The position numbers were made by a program, and so were the translations under genes. Shown one piece after another: positions 28,401 to 32,868 of a DNA stretch of 32,868 nucleotides. Each line of letters begins with the position of its first letter. The first letter of the stretch is position 1. The notes below the pieces were generated by a model. That model saw only the letters and a list, made by a program, of their open reading frames with translations. It did no database searches and was not told the origin of the DNA. The DNA comes from Candidatus Oleincola secundus (GTDB taxonomy: Bacteria; Atribacterota; Phoenicimicrobiia; Phoenicimicrobiales; Stramentimicrobiaceae). The stretch is taken from assembly GCA_018400815.1 (NCBI GenBank), contig JAGYLS010000013.1, positions 1 to 32,868 on the forward strand, written 5' to 3'.

Positions 28401-29046
28401 GTGTATTGATACAGCTTTAGAGTGGTCAAAAGCTTTGGAAATAAATATGCCCGCATGCCAAACTTGTGTTAAACCGGCAGGTACAACATCTGCTTTGTGT
28501 GGTACATCAAGCGGGCTTCATCCAAGATTTTCACAATACTATATTAGAAGAGTAAGAGTTGCGGCTGTTGACCCGCTGGCAAATTTATTAATTGATTGTA
28601 ATGTGCCACATAAACCAGAAAACGGTCAAACTATTGATAATGTTGATACCTGGGTTTTTGAATTTCCAATGATATCTCCTGAAGATTCTGTATTAAATTC
28701 TGAGGTAAATGCTATAGAACAATTAGAATATTGGTTGATGCTTAAAAAATATTGGTGTACTGGTAATCCAAGCTGTACTATTCATGTAGACGAAAATGAA
28801 TGGGTTGAAGTAGCCTCGTGGGTTTATAAACATTGGAATTATATAGCTGGCATAACCTTTCTACCTAAATCTAATACAGTATATGAATTAATGCCGTTTG
28901 AAGAAATTTCAGAAACCAAATATAATGAGTTAATTAAAAATTTGCCGGATGTAGATTTTTCATTATTGTCTAAATACGAAGAAACAGATGAAACGCAAGG
29001 GGCGCAGGAATTAGCTTGTAGTGGTGGATCATGTGAAATCGAATAA
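25405..29046 (+). CDS. nrdJ: Class II (adenosylcobalamin-dependent) ribonucleotide reductase with two inteins
   Basis: Probable start ATG 25405. YFRTYSRW, RRE.W.ET..R, YNCA, GTGVG.SVE, RPKGARLKTFGGRA^SG, GGTRRAA, GERGIFN, NP^CGE, CNLSE, TCVKPAGT, C-terminal ACSGGSCE. Confidence 0.93.
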   Translation: MIFNDVFRDFIYFRTYSRWLDTEHRREFWHETTDRYRNFFIESVPKSKKKEFAKACDAIKAQEIMGSMRGLWTAGKALERENLCLYNCAALLIDSVKSFSELLYLLMNGTGVGYSVERQYITKLPDIPVLDYSDDTIIFSDSKLGWAEGYNKFLKQLYNGNILNYDLSKLRPKGARLKTFGGRACLTGDTILYKDRKKARGYNEITIRELYDLERSQGRWEHKPNHFKAVKLRSLDEKTGTFFRNNVLHVIDNGVAPVYEILTENGYRIKATDNHRFMNDLGEYQFVSEFNPGEFIAVNGSKDRRTGICIDCGCKIYPSSIRCKSCHDIFQMKDDCLPTTARQRRQCRSYLKESCELCGHDGSSSKLQVHHIDKNPHNNDWDNLQTLCEKCHRVEDAKLSTFGSAYSHKYLSFDKIISIEYAGTERVYDLQMEGPNHNFVANGFVSHNSGGQVLDNLLKFTIQIFKNAQGRKLNSLECNDLCCYIASIIIVGGTRRAACICLSNPSDDRMRHAKDGQFWKTAPYRSLSNISAAYTEKPSSDLFLSEFLNLIRSGSGERGIFNRESCEFTVRQNEYRKSNYSWLSNPCFTGDMRLLTDIGYDSFKKLSKQEFVNTVNEEGDISEGKVWSNGIKPVYEIVLSGKFKNIKCTIDHKFKLIDGSSCLAKDLTGKRLKPFFGIRKIQEEAFNFDDFYAGFLFGDGSLTRLSSKSHLGMEVRIGKNDYDIANLLGLEEGGNYNKYAYDLAVKYGFPSAVTYERELPEKLNITNDFLCGLYSANGSVIESACRISYKTTSKKLSLQICDELKKRKISCYITTNKAHSVKHANGAYVSRESYDINIADVISFMRFAEIIGFGQIYKQERLHSCILKKAPFVKSVRFIGEEEVFDFSEPLTHWGIVEGVVAHNCGERILRPRSLCNLSEVIVRPDDTKETLCRKVRQATILGCVQACYTKFNFVSRDWKKNAEDERLIGVSFTGLRDHKVLNKVSNEAKLWFTEFKQVCIDTALEWSKALEINMPACQTCVKPAGTTSALCGTSSGLHPRFSQYYIRRVRVAAVDPLANLLIDCNVPHKPENGQTIDNVDTWVFEFPMISPEDSVLNSEVNAIEQLEYWLMLKKYWCTGNPSCTIHVDENEWVEVASWVYKHWNYIAGITFLPKSNTVYELMPFEEISETKYNELIKNLPDVDFSLLSKYEETDETQGAQELACSGGSCEIE
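25957..26748 (+). mobile_element. Intein 1 in NrdJ (264 aa) with zinc fingers and an HNH endonuclease
   Basis: GGRA|CLTGDT, IKATDNHRF, CELCG...LQVHHIDKNPHNN...NLQTLCEKCH, VYDLQM..PNHNFVANGFVSHN|S. Confidence 0.93.
27163..28116 (+). mobile_element. Intein 2 in NrdJ (318 aa) with LAGLIDADG endonuclease, at the active-site Cys
   Basis: NP|CFTGDM, CTIDHKF, YAGFLFGDG, LCGLYSANG, VFDF...GVVAHN|CGE. Confidence 0.93.
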
Positions 29047-29064
29047 CAAGAAAGGAATAAATTT

Positions 29065-29595
29065 ATGAATTGGGCTGAATATCAACTTTGCGCTTTAAAA
29101 ACTGCTGTTTACCCTAAAGGATTTGTTGGGCTTGTTTACACTACGTTAGGGCTTCCTGATGAAATACAGGAATTTAATGATTCGCTTCATATTAAAGATC
29201 AAAATAAAGAACTTGGGGATATATGTTGGTATGTTGCTTGTTGTGCTTATGAGGCTGGCTTGTCTATTGAAAATATTGAAGTGTTGGCTATTGACCTTAA
29301 AGACCAATTACATAATAACCCATTACTAGCTATCATACAAATGCAAAGTTCGGCTGGTGTTATTTGTGGTATAGTTAAAAAATATTTAAGGGATGAGGAT
29401 TATTTAAAGCATAAGATGTCCATAAATAAAAAAGCTAAGGTCAAATACGAATTAGCCAGTATTATTGCAAGTATAGATTGTATTTGTAAGAATAGCAACA
29501 AAATACCACTTGAAAATATAATGGAAATGAATTTAAAAAAATTAAAATCACGTCAGGATAGGGGCAAACTAAAAGGCAGTGGTGATGTCAGATAA
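29065..29595 (+). CDS. MazG-like nucleoside triphosphate pyrophosphohydrolase
   Basis: EYQ..A.KTAVYP, TLGL.DE, KELGDICWY, VKK.LRD, N..KL.SR..RG.LKGSGD.R. Confidence 0.88.
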   Translation: MNWAEYQLCALKTAVYPKGFVGLVYTTLGLPDEIQEFNDSLHIKDQNKELGDICWYVACCAYEAGLSIENIEVLAIDLKDQLHNNPLLAIIQMQSSAGVICGIVKKYLRDEDYLKHKMSINKKAKVKYELASIIASIDCICKNSNKIPLENIMEMNLKKLKSRQDRGKLKGSGDVR

Positions 29596-30274
29596 AATTG
29601 AGAAATTTAAAGAACGTAAAAAATATGTAGATAAGAAGCTACCTAAGATTAGAATAGCTGAAAAAAGCAATATAACGGAAGTACCGGCAAAGGCTATTAA
29701 AAAGTACGACAAAGTAAAATCAGAAGAGGAGTTTGAAGTTGATGAGTCTATCTATAATCTTGTGGAAAAAATTGAAGGGGGGGATATATTATTTTCGGAT
29801 TTAAAGCCGGATGAAAAATTTTTTGTTATTAAACATTATAAAGAGATTTGTAAATGGTCTAAAGATGAGATAGCTAAGAATTTTGATTGTAAAAGAAATG
29901 TTGTAACAAATTATTTTAAAAAAATAAAACAATACAATGCCAAAAAATTAGCTGACACCGACATTTGGGAATTGGGAGGTGAAATACACCAGGCGGCTAT
30001 TGAAGCTATGGAAGGGGCAATGAAAGCCGGTAAATTTCAGCAGGTGGCTTATATCATGTCCGTTATGGTTCAAACATTGCAATCAATGGGGCTGATATTT
30101 AAATCGCCTCAAAGATCGCAAGTGGCACAGTATTTAGTAAAAGAGTTAAGAACCCAAAGCGCCAAAGGCTATTCAGAACTGAAACAAATAGCTGACGACG
30201 GCGCTATTGATATAGATACTGTATTTGATGAATTAATGAAGTCAGTAAAAGAAGGTAAACTTGAAGAAAAATAG
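29585..30274 (+). CDS. HTH-containing hypothetical protein (possible terminase small subunit)
   Basis: WSKDEIAKNFDCKRNVVTNY HTH followed by a helical region ending LQSMG. Function is inferred only. Confidence 0.55.
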   Translation: MSDKIEKFKERKKYVDKKLPKIRIAEKSNITEVPAKAIKKYDKVKSEEEFEVDESIYNLVEKIEGGDILFSDLKPDEKFFVIKHYKEICKWSKDEIAKNFDCKRNVVTNYFKKIKQYNAKKLADTDIWELGGEIHQAAIEAMEGAMKAGKFQQVAYIMSVMVQTLQSMGLIFKSPQRSQVAQYLVKELRTQSAKGYSELKQIADDGAIDIDTVFDELMKSVKEGKLEEK

Positions 30275-30289
30275 GAAGGGGTATCAGTT

Positions 30290-30490
30290 ATGATAATATT
30301 TGAATATCAAAAGGATATGGAACTAAATAACGAATTTGAAAAGAAAAGATTATTTAGAATGGAAATGGAGTCAGAAGTTACGGCTGATGATGTAATAGAT
30401 GTTTTCTATGATTTTTTATTAGCTTGTGGCTACAGTGATAAATATTTAAAAACAAAGTTTAATACAGAAGAACATCCAATGGAACCTTAA
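30290..30490 (+). CDS. Hypothetical protein
   Basis: 66 aa, F.DFLLACGY motif, TAATG-coupled to the next gene. Confidence 0.7.
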   Translation: MIIFEYQKDMELNNEFEKKRLFRMEMESEVTADDVIDVFYDFLLACGYSDKYLKTKFNTEEHPMEP

Positions 30491-30942
30491 TGATTTTTAT
30501 TCCGTATAATGTGCCAAGTTTAAAAACTAAAAGGGTGGCTGGTAAGTACAGACCAAAAACTGTGTCCAAGTATCTTCGACAAATAGGTATTAGAAATTAT
30601 AATAGCAGAAAAAAAATAGTAACTGGATACAAAGAAGGGTTGAAAACTTACCGGCCTAACCTGTTTAAAGAGAAAATAGGGGATTATTTTTTAAATCGGG
30701 AGTACCCTATTTGGCTTGGCTTACATTTTGTAAGAGGGAATAAAAAAAAGGCTGATTTTAACAATTTAAGTCACTTGATTTGTGATTTATTAACAGCACA
30801 TGATTTTATAGAAGACGACTCAATGGATTATTTATTACCAATACCGCTGGTATTAAATAATAAGGTTTATTCTTACGACAAAGAAAAACCTGGGGTGTGG
30901 TTAAAAATATTGACAAATGAAATCAAATATGATACAAGATAA
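30490..30942 (+). CDS. RusA-like Holliday junction resolvase
   Basis: IPYNVPSLK, DFNN....ICDLL....IEDD, DKEKPGV. Confidence 0.75.
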   Translation: MIFIPYNVPSLKTKRVAGKYRPKTVSKYLRQIGIRNYNSRKKIVTGYKEGLKTYRPNLFKEKIGDYFLNREYPIWLGLHFVRGNKKKADFNNLSHLICDLLTAHDFIEDDSMDYLLPIPLVLNNKVYSYDKEKPGVWLKILTNEIKYDTR

Positions 30943-30948
30943 AAAACA
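30910..30948 (+). promoter_or_regulatory. Sigma70-type promoter, copy 3
   Basis: TTGACAAATG-AAATC-AAATATGATACAAGATAAAAAACA, overlapping the resolvase 3' end. Confidence 0.65.
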
Positions 30949-30965
30949 AATAGAGGCAATTAAAA

Positions 30966-31130
30966 ATGATTAAGATATTAAAAAATAAGAATATAAAAGA
31001 TAAAAAACCGAATTTAAAATTAAAATCTAACCATTATTATTTTTTGAGTGGGTATGGCAGGTATTGGAACTCTGAAGAGTTGGGCACTGCTTATAGTGAT
31101 GGAAAAGGTTGGTATAAAACAGGGAAATAA
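30966..31130 (+). CDS. Hypothetical protein (54 aa)
   Basis: GAGG RBS. MIKILKNK...WYKTGK-TAA directly behind promoter copy 3. Confidence 0.5.
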   Translation: MIKILKNKNIKDKKPNLKLKSNHYYFLSGYGRYWNSEELGTAYSDGKGWYKTGK

Positions 31131-31151
31131 ATTTTAAAACATGGGGGGTTT

Positions 31152-31445
31152 ATGAAGGTGGAAAGCAAATGTTGGGGCAAACGAACTTCTATTCGACAAG
31201 ACTCGACACACGAAACTTGTTTACTGGAACTAAAAAAGGGCTATGAATGCTCCTGGCATTATCACGAACAGAAATATAATTTATTTTATGTGATTTCCGG
31301 CTGTGTTTCTATAATTACAGAACAATTCGACAATGAAAAATCGGAAGTTATTTTATTTGAAGGAAATTGTTTTATGGTTAAGCCAGGGCTGAAACGTCAA
31401 CTACCCAAAGCTAAAGCATTGGGCTTTCTCAGACATTATTTGTAA
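31152..31445 (+). pseudogene. Cupin-fold protein, apparently truncated by the 46-nt element
   Basis: K.WG, CSWHYH..K.N.FYV.SG, VKPGLK. The expected second-motif His and last strands are replaced by element-derived RQLPKAKALGFLRHYL. Confidence 0.7.
31396..31441. mobile_element. 46-nt single-hairpin IS200/IS605 derivative, copy 2, followed by GTAA
   Basis: Identical to 18906-18951 with unrelated flanks. Confidence 0.85.
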
Positions 31446-31454
31446 AAGATAGAG

Positions 31455-31631
31455 ATGTATAGAAAAGTTAGAAAAAAAGTGCCTCCTCCGACAATATGGT
31501 ATAAGGATAAATCCAAATATAAAAGGAATAAATACAAAGAGATTGAAAAAGAGTTGGAAGATATGATTAATGAATACTTCGACAATAAAGATATGGACGG
31601 AAATAATCAAGATAGCGGAAATAATGCCTGA
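31455..31631 (+). CDS. Hypothetical protein (58 aa)
   Basis: MYRKVRKKVPPPTIWYKDKSKYKR...NNA-TGA. Confidence 0.55.
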   Translation: MYRKVRKKVPPPTIWYKDKSKYKRNKYKEIEKELEDMINEYFDNKDMDGNNQDSGNNA

Positions 31632-31711
31632 GTCAGTACAAGAGTTACGACAAGGTGATATAGTTTACCAGAAGTATATAGAAAACAGTTTAATTTTTTT
31701 ATGGGGGGCGT

Positions 31712-32095
31712 ATGCCAAAAATAAAATTGGAGGAGCAAGCGACAAGGTCATTTTATTGCCCTATTAAAAAACAGATGGGTAAGGCGCTATTAAATTGTCC
31801 GGCTTGCCCGCATTTTCCTTGTTCTGCACTCCGAGTTCAGGACATTGAATTTTTAAGGAAATATTGTAAATCGTATGAATGGCTGGAAAGGATAAAGAAA
31901 ACAAAAATGGTTATTATTGAAAAAACAGACGGCACATTTGAAAAAAATGAGAACTTCAATCCCGACAAAGCGGCGGAAAAAGATTTAAAAAACATAAAGG
32001 CCGTATACGTACCGACAAAGATTTATACAAAACAAGTTAAATTAGTGCCAATAGCCAAAAAGAGGAAAGTAAAAAATGTTAAGGAGAGCGGCTGA
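31712..32095 (+). CDS. Hypothetical protein with Cys cluster
   Basis: GGGGG RBS. YCP...CPACPHFPC. Confidence 0.65.
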   Translation: MPKIKLEEQATRSFYCPIKKQMGKALLNCPACPHFPCSALRVQDIEFLRKYCKSYEWLERIKKTKMVIIEKTDGTFEKNENFNPDKAAEKDLKNIKAVYVPTKIYTKQVKLVPIAKKRKVKNVKESG

Positions 32096-32261
32096 AAAAA
32101 TGATCGAAATATGTCAGAAACATGGGGTTACCGTTGATATTGATTTAACCGATCCTGAGCGCCCTAAAATCGAATTTAAAGACCCTGTTCCAGCTTCCGT
32201 AGATGATGCTATATATAATGAAATAAAAGCCCTGTATGGCTACCTGCTGCTTTTAGAATAG
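32076..32261 (+). CDS. Hypothetical protein
   Basis: GAGGA RBS, 61 aa. Confidence 0.65.
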   Translation: MLRRAAEKMIEICQKHGVTVDIDLTDPERPKIEFKDPVPASVDDAIYNEIKALYGYLLLLE

Positions 32262-32289
32262 ATATTCAAAATAATAGATTGAACTTGGA

Positions 32290-32659
32290 GTGAACTACCT
32301 CTACCCTAAAGGGATAGCGGCTTCTTCGGAAGCCTAAGTTCACCAGACTAAGTATTCAGAAATGGATACTACGATAGATAGGTCAAGACACCTTCGGTTG
32401 ACGCACCAGACCGTTGCAACTGTCGCATAATGTTAAGTAGAACTGAGGGTAAGGTTCAGTGGATTATGTGCAAAAAGCCTGTTTATCTTTGTCGAGGTGA
32501 GGACGGATTCTCTAATTGGTAACAGATTAGAGATACGCATTACCTACCTTCGGGTAGAGTGTTTTGAGTTTGGCAGTTCCTACCAAAAACTGCCTTTTTA
32601 AAACGCAACGACGGCTTACATCCCCTACCCTAAAGGGATAGGGGTTTTACGCCGTTCTT
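32290..32659 (+). mobile_element. ORF-less IS200/IS605 element consisting of an IscB-type omegaRNA (HEARO-like) between two intact ends
   Basis: GTGAACTA plus hairpin CCTCTACCCTAAAGGGATAGCGG. Scaffold hallmarks GTTCACCAGACTAAG, CTACGATAGATAGG...CCTGTTTATC and TGTCGAGG. Second hairpin CCCCTACCCTAAAGGGATAGGGG at 32622-32644, then ATAAA at 32660. Confidence 0.85.
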
Positions 32660-32665
32660 ATAAAT

Positions 32666-32695
32666 AAAGCCATAGGTTCATAATCCTATGGCTTT
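32666..32695. terminator. Probable bidirectional intrinsic terminator
   Basis: AAAGCCATAGG-TTCATAAT-CCTATGGCTTT, an 11-bp perfect stem between convergent transcription units. Confidence 0.7.
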
Positions 32696-32717
32696 GAATA
32701 TCTAAATTAGTACTAAT

Positions 32718-32867
32718 TTATATAGGCTTACCACCTCCATAATTTACATCATAAAATGGCTGGCTTTGTAAATATGACTCTTTTAAAAATTGTTTGTTCC
32801 GGGTTATTTTGGCTTTGCCGATTTCTCTTAACCTATCCCCCCCATATTTGAATCCATAAGAAACAAT
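32718..32867 (-). CDS. 3' end of a convergent gene (partial, unknown product)
   Basis: Open frame from the window edge, IVSYGFKYGGDRLREIG...YGGGKPI-TAA, ending just before the terminator. Confidence 0.5.
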   Translation of the reverse strand: MVSYGFKYGGDRLREIGKAKITRNKQFLKESYLQSQPFYDVNYGGGKPI

Positions 32868-32868
32868 T

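Noticed and set aside
2138..29595. Z-genome (2-aminoadenine) pathway from PolA + HD + MazG
   Set aside because: No PurZ/PurA-like gene is visible and the HD protein has RelA/SpoT-type motifs.
113..31610. Short minus-strand and alternative-frame ORFs in the ORF track
   Set aside because: They overlap well-supported plus-strand genes or repeats and show no recognisable motifs.

Overview
AT-rich, almost entirely plus-strand segment of a large tailed-phage (or prophage) genome covering the replication, recombination and nucleotide-metabolism region. It encodes a putative initiator with internal 22-bp iterons, a UDG-fused family A DNA polymerase, primase, SSB, SF2 helicase, RecA, two resolvase-type nucleases, a Cas4-like nuclease, an RNA ligase-like protein, an AAA+ ATPase, a class II ribonucleotide reductase with two inteins, MazG, and a PBSX-type portal gene with an intein. 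The most striking layer is six IS200/IS605-family (OMEGA) elements at different stages of reduction, with no tnpA in the window. These are a tnpB 3' end with its RNA/right end, a full omegaRNA+iscB element inserted just behind a phage promoter, an orphan TnpB-type omegaRNA, an orphan IscB-type omegaRNA with both ends but no ORF, and two identical 46-nt single-hairpin scars. Their end tetranucleotides follow the IS608 guide/cleavage-site pairing rule, which fixes boundaries, target motifs and guides directly from the sequence. A ~19-copy ~54-bp tandem repeat downstream of iscB is coding (18-aa repeat), not CRISPR. The block ~5520-10780 is full of indels and is most likely uncorrected sequencing error. 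All calls are from motif recognition by eye; no database searches were run.
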